The notes under the pieces: generated by a model | What the model saw: only the letters and a program-made list of their open reading frames with translations | The model's database searches: none | What the model was told of the DNA's origin: nothing | Shown: piece by piece, positions 40,601 to 51,301 of the stretch | Layout: each line of letters opens with the position of its first letter | How positions within the stretch are numbered: position 1 is the stretch's first letter | DNA from: an uncultured Chroococcidiopsis sp. | GTDB lineage: Bacteria; Cyanobacteriota; Cyanobacteriia; Cyanobacteriales; Chroococcidiopsidaceae | DNA: 64,000 nt | Assembly: GCA_964248365.1 (NCBI GenBank) | Contig: CAXTYC010000002.1 | Span: forward strand, 64,001-128,000 | Reading direction: 5' to 3' | Made by a program: the position numbers and the translations under genes

Positions 40601-41713
40601 CTACTTACTAAAGCCTTTACCACGATTTGTGGAAGGTAGACAAACGCATTTTTCTAGCCCAGTGCGTAGAGCGTCATGATCCAGATTTTGCCCAATCAGC
40701 ACTAACTGATTTTTGGGTTGCCCTTTCCACTCTTCATCTTCTATTGAGAAGCGCTTACCACACAAGTGGAAAACATGACGTTTGGGACTTTCATCAAACC
40801 ACAAAATTCCCTTTGCTCGGAAGACAGTCGAGGGTAACTGGTTGTCTAGGAAATATTGAAACTTTCTGATAGATAACGGTTGGTCAGTTTGAAAAGACAG
40901 CGAGGTGAAGCCGTCATTTTCTAGATGGTGGGAGTGATGGTGATGATCGTGGTCGTGGTCGTGGTTACAATGTCCATGATCGTGATCGCAATTTGAATGG
41001 TCATGGTCATGATCGTGGTGATGATGCTCATGGTCACGATCACCATCTGATGTGTCAAAATATTTGTCAGACTCGAATAGACCGACACTGAGAATTAAGG
41101 GTAGTGGAACTTGCGATCGCTGTGTCCGCAAAATTCTCGCCCCTTCCTTAATATCTCTAATTTTGACTTCCAAAGCATCTAAATCTGCTTCGTCAACTAA
41201 ATCTGCCTTATTGAGTACAATCACATCACCATAGGCAATCTGACTATGTGCGGCTTGAGAATTGAATAAATCTAGACTGTAGTTTGCGGCATCTACGACC
41301 GTAATAATCGAATCCAGGCGAGTTAAGTCTCGCAACTCTGTCCCCAAAAATGTCAGCGCCACTGGTAGCGGATCAGCGAGTCCAGTTGTCTCCACCACTA
41401 GATAATCAACTTTCTCCCCGCGTTCTAGGACTTTGTAAACCGCCTCCACCAAATCGTTGTTAATGGTGCAGCAGATACAACCGTTACTTAGCTCTACCAT
41501 GTCTTCTCCGGTAGAGATAATTAACTCGTTGTCAATGCCAATTTCGCCAAATTCATTGACTAAAACGGCTGTCTTCAAACCTTCCTGATTGCTGAGAATG
41601 TGGTTGAGTAATGTTGTCTTACCGCTACCGAGAAATCCTGTAATAATCGTAACTGGTAGCCCCTTTTTCGGAGTATCCATTACTTGAGAAGAATCAGAAC
41701 TGACAGATTGCAT
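40601..41713 (-). CDS. CobW/COG0523 G3E GTPase metallochaperone with a His-rich tract
   Basis: GFLGSGKTT, VNEFGE, NGCICC, ETTGLADP, NKAD, poly-His/Asp insert and CobW_C domain. Start placed at MQSV (41713). Confidence 0.93.
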   Translation of the reverse strand: MQSVSSDSSQVMDTPKKGLPVTIITGFLGSGKTTLLNHILSNQEGLKTAVLVNEFGEIGIDNELIISTGEDMVELSNGCICCTINNDLVEAVYKVLERGEKVDYLVVETTGLADPLPVALTFLGTELRDLTRLDSIITVVDAANYSLDLFNSQAAHSQIAYGDVIVLNKADLVDEADLDALEVKIRDIKEGARILRTQRSQVPLPLILSVGLFESDKYFDTSDGDRDHEHHHHDHDHDHSNCDHDHGHCNHDHDHDHHHHSHHLENDGFTSLSFQTDQPLSIRKFQYFLDNQLPSTVFRAKGILWFDESPKRHVFHLCGKRFSIEDEEWKGQPKNQLVLIGQNLDHDALRTGLEKCVCLPSTNRGKGFSK

Positions 41714-41848
41714 AGGGCTGCTCAAGAAAACGTCAGAACATATAAGTAAATATCGGCACGTTCAATATTGACACTTGCCTCTCTCCTATTATCGCTTGTT
41801 AAATAACAACAGATAAGAAAAGGATAAAGTTGTAAAGGATGAAGGAGA

Positions 41849-41944
41849 TAGAAGTCAGAAGTCAGAAGTCAGGAGACAGAAGTCAGAAGTCAGAAGTCAG
41901 AAGTCAGAAGTCAGGAGACAGAAGACACAAGACAGAAGACAGAA
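41849..41944. repeat. STRR-type (AGAAGTC/AGAAGAC)n
   Basis: Direct 7-nt repeats in the cobW-cysS divergent region. Confidence 0.85.
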
Positions 41945-42074
41945 TAGTTAATTCTTCGTTCCCCTGAAGCCCCTGAAGCTCCCCTTTGCCCCCCTATCCC
42001 CACAACGCGAGTGAAGAGCGAGTCCCCCCTGCTTTCCCCTAGCCCCTAGCCCCTAGCCCCTAGCCATCCTAGCC

Positions 42075-43532
42075 ATGACCTTAACGCTTTACAACACGCT
42101 TTCCCGTCGTCAGGAATCCTTTGAAACTGTTGAACCTGGCAAAGTAAAAATGTACTATTGCGGTGTGACAGTTTACGACTACTGCCACTTAGGTCATGCA
42201 CGGGCTTGTATTGTTTGGGATGTGGTACGTCGTTACCTGGAATTTCTGGGGTATCAAGTAAAGTACGTCCAGAATTTTACCGATATCGATGACAAAATTC
42301 TCAATCGGGCGCGACAAGAAGGTTCATCGATGTCAGAGGTAGCCGATCGCTTCATTAAGGCGTATTTTGAAGATATGGCGCGGTTGAACGTCAAACCAGC
42401 AGATGAGTATCCCCGTGCTACCCACACAATAAATGGCATCGTGCGATTAATTCATGAGCTAGAACACAAAGGCTATGCCTACCCAGCCGATGGAGATGTT
42501 TATTATGCCGTACGCCAATTTCCAGAGTATGGCAAGCTGTCGGGACGCAAGTTAGAAGATTTGCAAGCTGGCGCAAGTGGGCGAGTAGATGCACAAGATC
42601 CAGAGGAACAGAAAAAGAAAGACCCGTTTGATTTTGCTTTGTGGAAATCAGCAAAGCCAGGGGAACCAGCTTGGGATTCATCTTGGGGTGCAGGGCGACC
42701 TGGGTGGCATATTGAATGTTCAGCTATGGTGCGCGATCGCCTGGGTGACACTATAGATATCCATGCTGGTGGTGCTGACTTAATTTTCCCCCACCATGAA
42801 AACGAAATTGCCCAATCCGAAGCCGTGACAGAAAAACCACTGGCGCGTTACTGGCTACACAATGGTATGGTAACGGTAAATGGTGAGAAAATGTCCAAGT
42901 CGTTGGGCAACTTCATCACCATTCGGGAATTGCTGGATCGTCCTACCGATCCGATGGCTGTGCGATTATTTGTACTTCAGGCTCAATACCGTAAGCCAAT
43001 TGATTTTACCCATGAAGCGATCGCATCTGCTACAAATGGTTGGCATACCCTGAAAGAAGGCTTGCTTTTTGGCTACGAGTATGGTAAGCAATTCGGTTGG
43101 GAACAGTCAGATGGGGAGAAGGAAAAATACCTTTTGCCGGATTATGTGGAAAAGTTTCAAACAGCAGTGGATGATGATTTTAATTTCCCTGGTGGGTTGG
43201 CAATTTTATTTGAATTAGCCAAAGAATTACGCCGTGAGGGTAATCTGTTGGTGCATCAGGGAAAAACAGAGACACCACCTGAGCAGTTAAAGCAACAGTG
43301 GTACACACTTGTGACTTTAGCGCAAGTTTTGGGTTTTGGGGCAACACCGTCGGCATCCGCTACTGACGAAAGTAGTTTGAGCGATACTCAAATAGAGGCT
43401 TTGATTCAACAACGACAAGAAGCCAGGAAAGTCAAGAATTTTGGCATGAGCGATCGCATCCGTAACGAACTCCAGGCACAAGGCATTACTCTAATTGATA
43501 GCCCCGACGGTACACGCTGGCATCGTAGCTAA
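42075..43532 (+). CDS. cysS: Cysteine-tRNA ligase
   Basis: CGVTVYDYCHLGH, GRPGWHIECSAM, HHENE and KMSKS. Confidence 0.98.
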   Translation: MTLTLYNTLSRRQESFETVEPGKVKMYYCGVTVYDYCHLGHARACIVWDVVRRYLEFLGYQVKYVQNFTDIDDKILNRARQEGSSMSEVADRFIKAYFEDMARLNVKPADEYPRATHTINGIVRLIHELEHKGYAYPADGDVYYAVRQFPEYGKLSGRKLEDLQAGASGRVDAQDPEEQKKKDPFDFALWKSAKPGEPAWDSSWGAGRPGWHIECSAMVRDRLGDTIDIHAGGADLIFPHHENEIAQSEAVTEKPLARYWLHNGMVTVNGEKMSKSLGNFITIRELLDRPTDPMAVRLFVLQAQYRKPIDFTHEAIASATNGWHTLKEGLLFGYEYGKQFGWEQSDGEKEKYLLPDYVEKFQTAVDDDFNFPGGLAILFELAKELRREGNLLVHQGKTETPPEQLKQQWYTLVTLAQVLGFGATPSASATDESSLSDTQIEALIQQRQEARKVKNFGMSDRIRNELQAQGITLIDSPDGTRWHRS

Positions 43533-43648
43533 GGGATGGAGTGGAACCAGTGGAACCAGTGGAACCAGTGGAACCAGAAAAAGAAGGTTAAAGGGTAAAG
43601 AGGTATTGCGGTAATTTCCCCCCCTGCTCTCTTCCTAGTCCCCAGCCC

Positions 43649-44326
43649 CTAGCCGCCAGCCCCTATCTTGTTCATGCCAGTTGATGAAGGTGGGGCATTG
43701 GATTTGAGTTGTTGCCGCCCGTTGTAAATGATGCGTAATATATCTTTAAGTTGTTGCTCAAGATTATTGAGGACGCTATCTGCATAGTCATCAGCACCTT
43801 TTTGGATCTCTTGTGCTTCTGCGATCGCTTTTTGCCGCAAGGAGTTGCTCTCTTGTTGAACCTGCTGACGCATCAAGTCGATTTCTACCATATTCTCCTC
43901 CTGCGCCGTAATACACTCCTGTTGCACTTGTTGCAGGAACTGCTTTGCTTCTAATTCTGCTTGCTGCATAATTACCGTTTGACTGAGCATCTCCGCCGCT
44001 TGAGCTTGTGCTAAATGAATAATTTCCTCAGCCTCTTGCTGTGCCTCAAGGAGAATTGCCTGTTTTTGTTTGACAATTGCTTGTGCCACTTGCAACACTG
44101 CTGGTAGATGCAACCGGATCAAATCCAACTGATCTAGCAATTGTTCCTCATCCACAATTGTTCTATGAGTCAGCGGAATATGTGGACTATCAAGCACCAT
44201 TTGCTCTAGTCTGTTCAATTCCTGCTCGATATCCACATCTCCTATTTCACTGGCAACATCTGCCATTGGAGAGATGCTAACTTTGTTGTCTTTGGGTTCT
44301 AGGTTGGATGAGTTTTGGCTTGACAT
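43649..44326 (-). CDS. cdv3: DivIVA-like coiled-coil cell-division protein (Cdv3-like)
   Basis: [31 protein letters not shown], coiled coil, GADDYAD..L...NGRQQL. Directly downstream of coaD, as in other cyanobacteria. Confidence 0.75.
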   Translation of the reverse strand: MSSQNSSNLEPKDNKVSISPMADVASEIGDVDIEQELNRLEQMVLDSPHIPLTHRTIVDEEQLLDQLDLIRLHLPAVLQVAQAIVKQKQAILLEAQQEAEEIIHLAQAQAAEMLSQTVIMQQAELEAKQFLQQVQQECITAQEENMVEIDLMRQQVQQESNSLRQKAIAEAQEIQKGADDYADSVLNNLEQQLKDILRIIYNGRQQLKSNAPPSSTGMNKIGAGG

Positions 44327-44787
44327 CGGTAGATATCTATAGCAACGTGCGGAGGAACAAGATGATCAACTGGACCACCAAACTTGGCAATCTCTTTCAC
44401 CAGACTACTACTTAAAAAACTGTACTCATTGGATGTTGCCAAAAAAACCGTTTCAATTTCAGTAGAAAGCGTCTTATTCGTGTGAGCCATTTGCAATTCC
44501 GCTTCAAAATCTGAAATCGCCCGTAAACCCCGAATGAGAACCTCAGCTTGCCGCATCCGAGCGTAGTTAACGGTAAGTCCATCGAAGCTGTCTACTTCCA
44601 GGTTAGGTAGATGACGAGTAGACAAGCGAATTTGATTTAGCCGCGTGGGCATGGTAAACATGGGCGTTTTATTGGGATTGCGTAAGACGGCAACGATTAA
44701 TCGCTCAAACAGCCGACAGCCGCGCTCGATGATGTCAAGATGACCCAAGGTTATAGGATCAAAGCTACCAGGATAAATAGCAATCAC
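44299..44787 (-). CDS. coaD: Phosphopantetheine adenylyltransferase
   Basis: [26 protein letters not shown] and SSSLVKEIA. Confidence 0.97.
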   Translation of the reverse strand: MIAIYPGSFDPITLGHLDIIERGCRLFERLIVAVLRNPNKTPMFTMPTRLNQIRLSTRHLPNLEVDSFDGLTVNYARMRQAEVLIRGLRAISDFEAELQMAHTNKTLSTEIETVFLATSNEYSFLSSSLVKEIAKFGGPVDHLVPPHVAIDIYRCQAKTHPT

Positions 44788-45202
44788 AAGAGAAAAATTT
44801 CTTAGTTACTGAGAAATTATAGTTCCTAATTAATTGAGTTTTACAACGCTGGAGTGCTGTTAGCTATTAGCTATTAGCTATTAGCTATGCCAACTAATAT
44901 CTCTTTACCTGCAATCTTTAGAATAATTTTGCTGGGCAAATTGAGACAAAATTATCACAACACACTCGCCTTAAGTTTCCAAGCTTGCTGCCAAGACAAG
45001 TTATTCCCCAAATTGGATGAGCGATAGTTAATCAACAAAGAAGCTACCCATGTAGGCACATTAATAAATTGAGCAGGAGACGATATTTTGCTTGTTGTTA
45101 TCGCTACAATTTTATTGTTAACATGAACGGGGCATCACTGGGGGAGTGTAGACTCCCAATGAAAAAACTTATTAGCTACTGGTAACTGGTAGTTGGTAGT
45201 TG

Positions 45203-45266
45203 GTAGAGGCGGGTTTAAACGAGTTATTTGTTTGTTCACAAGTATGTCTGATAAACTCGCCCGTAC
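45203..45266. repeat. REP-like element (uninterrupted allele of the 55188-55405 copy) flanked by STRR arrays
   Basis: GTAGAGGCGGGTTTAAACGAGTTATTTGTTTGTTCACAAGTATGTCTGATAAACTCGCCCGTAC. Confidence 0.7.
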
Positions 45267-45519
45267 GGTAGTTGGTAACAGGTATCTCGTTTTCTGGTAA
45301 CTGGTAACTGATAACTGGTAACTGATAACTTGCCTCTTGCCTCTTGCCTCCTGCCTCCTGCTCGCCTGGTAACTGGTAACTGTTGTTATGGAGTGCTGCT
45401 AGAAATATTTTGGCTGGTGGTGGAGCTTTTTTTGCCATTAGCTCTGTCTTGAGATGTAAAATAGCAAGCCGTTCTCAACACGCTCTTGAGTTGGAGATAG
45501 GCACTGGGGAAGTTGTGGT

Positions 45520-46506
45520 ATGACTGTAAAAAAACTAACGGATGCTGACAGAAAAGAAATTCTTGACTTATATCGCCATACGGGGGAAACAACTTCAACT
45601 CTGGCAGATAGATACGGGGTTAGTAATTCAACAATTAGTCGCTTTTTAAAAGTTACCTTGCCAGAAGAGGAGTATGAAACATTAATTTCCGCCAAGCGAG
45701 CGGCGCGTACCTCGTCAGGCGAAGAAAAATCAACGCCACAGCAAACTCAACTAGAGCTAGAAGTAGCCTTGGGTGAGCCTGTGGAAGCGGAAAAACCAAT
45801 TCCAGATGCCCAAGCTACCCCTACCCCAACTATTAGACGGCGGCGAATTTCTGCAATTAGGCAACCACCGGATGAAATACCGCCGCCAGAAATACTGCCC
45901 ATAGAAACACCAACCCCAGCAGGAACAGAAGCGGATTTAACTAATACGGAGGATACACCAGATATTTCGTTGAACCCGTCCCTACCATCTATAGATGCTC
46001 GTAGTAAAGCGGCTGAGGATGTGAGTGCAGAAGCTAACGCCATAGCAGCAGAAATGTTTGGGGAAGAACTGCTAGATGAATCAGAAGACGAAGATGACGA
46101 TGATGACGATGACGATATCTATGATTTAGACGAAGACGACGAAGAAGAGGAGCAGCCTATACTTAGAAGACGCTTACCACTGGAAACCTTCGTTCAAGTC
46201 TTGCCACTTTCTGAAGCCCTTCTTCCCAGAACCTGCTATTTGGTAATAGACAAGGCAGCAGAATTAATTACGCGCCCACTGAGAGATTTTGGTGATTTAG
46301 GGCAAATTCCTAGCGGGGAATTTGGGCAAAGAACCTTGCCAGTGTTTGATAATCACCGAGTAGCTCGACGTTTTTCCAGTAAGCGCGATCGCGTAATTAA
46401 AGTTCCAGATAGTAGAATGCTTCAAAAGACTCGTTCTCATCTACAAGCAAAGGGAATCACCCGACTGCTGTTTGATGGTCGAGTGTATTCTTTATCAAGC
46501 ACTTAA
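45520..46506 (+). CDS. Conserved cyanobacterial hypothetical protein: N-terminal HTH, acidic linker, conserved C-terminal domain
   Basis: TLADRYGVSNSTISR HTH, poly-D/E stretch, CYLVIDKAAELITRPL...LPVFDNHRVARRF...LQAKGITRLL. Confidence 0.75.
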   Translation: MTVKKLTDADRKEILDLYRHTGETTSTLADRYGVSNSTISRFLKVTLPEEEYETLISAKRAARTSSGEEKSTPQQTQLELEVALGEPVEAEKPIPDAQATPTPTIRRRRISAIRQPPDEIPPPEILPIETPTPAGTEADLTNTEDTPDISLNPSLPSIDARSKAAEDVSAEANAIAAEMFGEELLDESEDEDDDDDDDDIYDLDEDDEEEEQPILRRRLPLETFVQVLPLSEALLPRTCYLVIDKAAELITRPLRDFGDLGQIPSGEFGQRTLPVFDNHRVARRFSSKRDRVIKVPDSRMLQKTRSHLQAKGITRLLFDGRVYSLSST

Positions 46507-46607
46507 ATATCGGGTTTAATGTCTCGCGCTCGAAGCTGGGGCGCACTCGTTGTCAGAGTCTTTGCTGGGGCGTGAGATAGTAACAGTGTGCTTTGCTTGT
46601 AGTTAAT

Positions 46608-46952
46608 ATGGACAGTAATTCTGGCGTTACAACTGGCTATGGCATCGTGTTGGTGAGTGCAGGTTCATTGGAAGAAGCGGAGGCGATCGCTACTTCTTTG
46701 GTAAACTCTCACTTAGCTGCTTGTGTAAGTCTAGTGCCAATCCAATCTATCTATACTTGGCAAGGCAAACTACATCAAGAGCAAGAATGGCAGCTCATCA
46801 TTAAAACTGACTTATCCCATTTTACCACTTTAGAAGCCAAAATTCGAGAACTGCATTCCTACGAAGTACCAGAAATTATCGCGCTTCCCATCGTTGCTGG
46901 TTCTCAACCCTACCTCAATTGGATTTCTGAGCAAGTACAAGTAAGGGAATAG
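46608..46952 (+). CDS. cutA: Divalent-cation tolerance protein CutA
   Basis: LAACV, SIYTWQG, LIIKT and HSYEVPEIIALP. Confidence 0.93.
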   Translation: MDSNSGVTTGYGIVLVSAGSLEEAEAIATSLVNSHLAACVSLVPIQSIYTWQGKLHQEQEWQLIIKTDLSHFTTLEAKIRELHSYEVPEIIALPIVAGSQPYLNWISEQVQVRE

Positions 46953-47062
46953 CAAAAGTAGGATGGGCAATGCCCACCATCAATAATAATGAACATTGAT
47001 AATTGATAATTGATAATTGTTCATTGGCTACGGACAAAAGACAGCCATAGAGGAATTTACAA

Positions 47063-47995
47063 TTATTTAGGACTACTATATATAGCAGCTTCTAAACGTG
47101 CTGCCAGATTAATAATGTCTTCTTTACGGGCAATTTGATTAATCCATTCTGGGGGAATATTGTCTACTGAGTAGTAGATTCCTGCTAAACCACCTGTGAC
47201 AGCAGCAGTAGTATCAGTATCACCGCCCAAGTTTACGGCTTTTAGTACTGCTTGGGCATAGGATGAGCTATTTAACAAACACCAAAGAGATGCTTCTAAG
47301 GTATCAATTACATAACCACTAGAGCGAATTGAATCTACTGGCAAGTTAGCAATTTCACCACTGAAGACTCTTTTAAAATGTGGTAATTCTGAAGTATATT
47401 CAGCGGCTGCATAAATAGACTCAATATTTTTTAATCCTTGAAGATAGGCTGATTTTGGCTCTAATCCTTGCAACAGGCAAACTGCAATACTGATATAGAT
47501 ACCGCAGGCAATTTGAGAACGTAAATGAGCGTGGGTAATGCAAGAAACTTGATGAGTTCGTGATATTAATTCTGGAAAGTTTAGGATTTTGTGGCAATAA
47601 GCTAGAGGCAAAATTCGCATCAAGGAACCATTACCATTACTGTTTTCACTCTTTCCCCCACATTCTAGGGGTGGAACTCCTCGATGAAAATCCACGATTG
47701 CCATAAAGGTAGTATTGCCAATGTCGAACACTTCACCTGATGCTGTCCAGTATGCTTCATGATACCAGCGCCAGAACGAAGAGGCGATCGCTTCTAGTGA
47801 AAACCCTGTACAAAGACATTCTGCCAGACAAAACGTGAGAGAACTGTCATCAGACCAAGTTCCAGCAGGCACATCCCAAGTCCCATAACCCAACATGGAT
47901 GTCACAGGAGATTTTACCCGTTCGGCACGGCTGCTGAACTCAACCGGAACGCCCAAAGCATCACCCACACACAAACCCATTAACCCAGACAACAT
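47063..47995 (-). CDS. ADP-ribosylglycohydrolase (DraG/ARH family)
   Basis: VGDALG.PVEF, GTWSDD, NGNGSLMR, ITH and NLGGDTDT. Confidence 0.93.
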   Translation of the reverse strand: MLSGLMGLCVGDALGVPVEFSSRAERVKSPVTSMLGYGTWDVPAGTWSDDSSLTFCLAECLCTGFSLEAIASSFWRWYHEAYWTASGEVFDIGNTTFMAIVDFHRGVPPLECGGKSENSNGNGSLMRILPLAYCHKILNFPELISRTHQVSCITHAHLRSQIACGIYISIAVCLLQGLEPKSAYLQGLKNIESIYAAAEYTSELPHFKRVFSGEIANLPVDSIRSSGYVIDTLEASLWCLLNSSSYAQAVLKAVNLGGDTDTTAAVTGGLAGIYYSVDNIPPEWINQIARKEDIINLAARLEAAIYSSPK

Positions 47996-48364
47996 TATCA
48001 ATTATCAATTATTTATTCAAAAAGTCATTGCTATTTAACGAGTGCGTTCTTTGCGTCTTTGCGCTTCGTAAAAAAGCCGATTTTACAAATTAAATATGAT
48101 CCTTATACCTATATTATAACACAAAAATCAGCTTTTTATCAGGGTAGTTTCTAGCTCTGTGACAGTTACATAACAGTCCATAAACATTAAATATTACGTA
48201 TACAAATTGTTATTTTAGGAATGTGGTGATGAGGGGATGAAAAACCTTGATGAAAGGTCAAGAAACTGAACAATGAAAACAATCAGTTATTGATAACCGA
48301 GACACAAATACCTGTCATTACGTCATTAACAGAATTAGTCTACTCTTGTCCAAGAATTAGAATT

Positions 48365-48916
48365 ATGAAACGGCTTTTCAAGAGTGTTCTAACCCTTTCT
48401 ACTTTGTCGGCATTAGTGTTTGCGCCTGTATTACTGCCAGCACGAAAAGCTTCTGCTCAAAGTGCAAGTCAACCTACAGGTACTAATGCCAGTTATTTGG
48501 GTGGTGGTATTTCCGCTGGTGTTACTAATGGCGGAAGTCCAATATACGACGATGATGCCCAATTTGGCGGCAACGTTCAAGGTCGTTTTGCCATTCCAAA
48601 TACACCAATTTCTGCCAGAGGCGCGCTCCTATTTGGAGGTGACACAGTTGCTGTCATGCCAATGCTTTCCTACGACGTTCCTGTGACAAATAACGCCAAC
48701 GTTTACCTTGGTGCTGGTTACTCATTTGTCGGGGATAAAGGCGAATCAACTCCTTTGGGTAATAAAAATGCACCCGTGCTAACAGCGGGCGTTGAATCTC
48801 AAATCACAGACAAAATCGTTCTCTACGGTGATGCCAAGCTAGGGATTGATGCCTACGAAGATAGTTCAAATTCTGCTGTGAGCTTACAAGCTGGTGCAGC
48901 TTACCGCTTCAACTAA
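48365..48916 (+). CDS. Outer-membrane beta-barrel protein
   Basis: Signal peptide ending ASA-Q, amphipathic strands (NVYLGAGYSF) and C-terminal AAYRF. Start placed at MKRLFK. Confidence 0.8.
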   Translation: MKRLFKSVLTLSTLSALVFAPVLLPARKASAQSASQPTGTNASYLGGGISAGVTNGGSPIYDDDAQFGGNVQGRFAIPNTPISARGALLFGGDTVAVMPMLSYDVPVTNNANVYLGAGYSFVGDKGESTPLGNKNAPVLTAGVESQITDKIVLYGDAKLGIDAYEDSSNSAVSLQAGAAYRFN

Positions 48917-48927
48917 ACTGACTTGAG

Positions 48928-48962
48928 AAGAGATGCGATGTTCCTCGCATCTTTTCTTTTTA
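48928..48962 (+). terminator. Rho-independent terminator
   Basis: AGATGCGA / TCGCATCT stem followed by a T-run. Confidence 0.7.
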
Positions 48963-49149
48963 TCATGTAAATTATCAGTTATCAGTTATCAGTTATTAGT
49001 TATCAGTTATCAATGAAGGGTCACTGCTTGTCTGTTCGCTGTTCTACTTTTCACTATTCACTGCTAGTCTGTTCTACTTTTCACTGCTAGTGTGTTCTAC
49101 TTTTCACTGGTGGGGATAACTGGTCACTGAAGGAGTGATCCCTAATAAT

Positions 49150-49190
49150 TATTTAAATAAAGGTTAAGCTGTGATTAATGAATGGTTATT
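49150..49190 (-). promoter_or_regulatory. Pho-box-like array (SphR/PhoB type), inverted relative to the arsR-pst operon
   Basis: Minus strand reads AATAACCA ttc ATTAATCA cag CTTAACCT tta TTTAAATA: four 8-mers at 11-bp period, one matching CTTAACCT exactly. Confidence 0.55.
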
Positions 49191-49267
49191 GATATGAATA
49201 TAATTAGGTATCAATTCCAACTCTGAGCAACTAGGAGGGGATTGATAAAATTCCTTTACTGTTATGT

Positions 49268-49573
49268 ATGAGTGCCAAAAAAGTTTCATCTGAGTCCTTT
49301 TGTTCCCACCAGCTTCATGTTTTAGCTGACTCAACACGTCTAGCGGTTTTAGAACTCCTTTGGAGCGGACCCAAGCACGTTGGGGAGATGAATGCTGTGC
49401 TGGGATTGGAACAGAGTTTACTATCCCATCATCTAAAAGTCTTGCGGGAAGAGGGATTTGTTAGGGCGACGCGAGATGGTAAGGCAGTGCTGTATCAGCT
49501 GGAGTCCACCGTTAGGAGTGCCAGTGGTGGCAGGGCGATTGATCTGGGATGTTGCCGACTCTGTTTTGAATAA
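49268..49573 (+). CDS. ArsR/SmtB-family transcriptional regulator
   Basis: LADSTRLAVL, QSLLSHHLKVLREEGFV, RDGKAVLY. Cys12 plus C-terminal Cys95, Cys96 and Cys99. Confidence 0.92.
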   Translation: MSAKKVSSESFCSHQLHVLADSTRLAVLELLWSGPKHVGEMNAVLGLEQSLLSHHLKVLREEGFVRATRDGKAVLYQLESTVRSASGGRAIDLGCCRLCFE

Positions 49574-49614
49574 AGCCTTTAACAGATTGGTAAGAACATA
49601 ATAATTCACAACTG

Positions 49615-50466
49615 ATGAAGAAATTACGAATCGCAGCACCCCTTTGTATTGGGTTAGCCACCTGCATATTGCTGCAATCTTGTGGAAAGCAGAACCAAGC
49701 GGCACAATCAAGCAATACATCACAAAGCAAGCTAGTTTTGACTGGCTCTAGCACTGTAGCGCCACTGGCTGCTGAGATGGCGAAGCGCTATGAGGCTGAA
49801 CATTCGGGAGTACGCATTGATGTGCAATCGGGTGGTTCTTCGCGCGGGATTGCGGATGCCCGTCAGGGAGTGGCAGATATTGGCATGGTGTCGCGCGCGC
49901 TCAAAGACAACGAAAAGGATCTGCAAGCTTTCACTATCGCCAAAGATGGCGTTTCGATAATTACAAATAGCGATAATCCGGTTAAAAGTCTGACTGACAA
50001 GCAAATTATCGATATCTACACCGACAAAATCAATAACTGGAAACAAGTCGGCGGCAAAGATGCTCCGATTACAGTAGTTAATAAAGCCGAAGGACGCTCC
50101 ACCCTGGAACTATTTGCCCAACACTTCAAACTCAATACGAAGGATATCAAAGCCGATGTGGTGATTGGTGATAATGAGCAAGGCATCAAGACAGTGGCTG
50201 GAAATCCCAACGCTATCGGTTACGTCTCCATCGGTTCTGCTGAATACGCTGCCACCCACAAGACTCCAATCAAACTGCTGCCAGTCGAAGGAGTAACTGC
50301 CTCGATCGCTAACGTCAGCAATGACACTTTTCCGATTTCTCGCCCCCTCAACCTCGTTACCAACAAACCGCCGACAGGGTTGACAAAAGACTTTATTGAC
50401 TTTGCCCGCTCCAAGGGTGTGCAAAACATTGTTAAGGAGCAATATTTTGTCCCCGTCTCGCAGTGA
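49615..50466 (+). CDS. pstS: Phosphate ABC transporter substrate-binding lipoprotein (short type)
   Basis: Lipobox LQSC, TGSSTVAP, GGSSRG, DIGMVSR and FPISRPL. Confidence 0.9.
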   Translation: MKKLRIAAPLCIGLATCILLQSCGKQNQAAQSSNTSQSKLVLTGSSTVAPLAAEMAKRYEAEHSGVRIDVQSGGSSRGIADARQGVADIGMVSRALKDNEKDLQAFTIAKDGVSIITNSDNPVKSLTDKQIIDIYTDKINNWKQVGGKDAPITVVNKAEGRSTLELFAQHFKLNTKDIKADVVIGDNEQGIKTVAGNPNAIGYVSIGSAEYAATHKTPIKLLPVEGVTASIANVSNDTFPISRPLNLVTNKPPTGLTKDFIDFARSKGVQNIVKEQYFVPVSQ

Positions 50467-51301
50467 AGTTGTCCTAGTTTTGATTTTGCGCTTAATGGCT
50501 CTAGTTTCTGGTGCTATTGTTCTGTTGATTGTGCTGTTCCTGATTTGGGAAACCCTACCAATCCTACAAAGCGTCGGGCTAAACCGATTCTTCAACGATC
50601 CTGACTGGCATCCCACCAGCGAAGAATATAACCTGCTGCCGATGCTGTGGGGGACGCTATTAGTAACGGCAGGAGCAGTTCTAATGGCAACACCGCTAGG
50701 CATTTTAAGTGCAATTTTTTGCCATTATTACGCTCCAGGTGCGATCGCTTCTTTATATCGGCGTTTAATTGAGCTATTAGCAGGCATTCCCTCAGTAGTT
50801 TATGGCTTCTGGGGTTTGGTCGTACTAGTGCCAATCGTCGGACGCATTCAACCACCTGGGGCAAGTTTGTTAACCGGAATTTTAATTCTGACGTTGATGA
50901 TTCTGCCGACAATTACCTTGGTAGCCGATAGCAGCCTTGCGAGTGTGCCACCAGAGTATCTACGCGGTTGTGCGGCAATGGGGCTAGGACGCTGGGCGAC
51001 GGTGCGCGGTGTCGTTTTGCCTACGGTGAAGTCAGGTTTGTTAACGGGCGTAATATTGGGAACAGGACGGGCGATCGGTGAAACGATGGCAGTGCTGATG
51101 GTTTGCGGTAATGTGGTGCAAACGCCAAAAAGTGTATTTGATCCAGTGCGGACTTTAACGGCGAATATTGCTCTAGAAATGGCTTATGCAGTAGGTAATC
51201 ACCGTGCTGCCTTGTTTGTCAGCGGCTTGGTTTTGATGGCAATGGTCGTTGTTTTAGTCATAGCAGCCGAACTGCTCAACAGGGGACAGATTTATGACTA
51301 A
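50447..51301 (+). CDS. pstC: Phosphate ABC transporter permease
   Basis: IELLAGIPSVVYGFWG and GRAIGETMAVLMV.GN. In-frame TTG at 50447 follows AAGGAG. Confidence 0.92.
   Translation: MSPSRSEVVLVLILRLMALVSGAIVLLIVLFLIWETLPILQSVGLNRFFNDPDWHPTSEEYNLLPMLWGTLLVTAGAVLMATPLGILSAIFCHYYAPGAIASLYRRLIELLAGIPSVVYGFWGLVVLVPIVGRIQPPGASLLTGILILTLMILPTITLVADSSLASVPPEYLRGCAAMGLGRWATVRGVVLPTVKSGLLTGVILGTGRAIGETMAVLMVCGNVVQTPKSVFDPVRTLTANIALEMAYAVGNHRAALFVSGLVLMAMVVVLVIAAELLNRGQIYD

Noticed and set aside
40920..41045. His/Asp tract in the CobW protein as a novelty
   Set aside because: His-rich inserts are typical of COG0523 proteins.
45520..46506. HTH protein as a transposase
   Set aside because: No DDE or HUH catalytic domain and no terminal repeats. 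It looks like a conserved cyanobacterial protein.
49020..49110. Three TGTTCTACTTTT(T)CACT repeats before arsR as operators or a mini-CRISPR
   Set aside because: The spacers are short and near-identical, and the array is continuous with neighbouring simple repeats.
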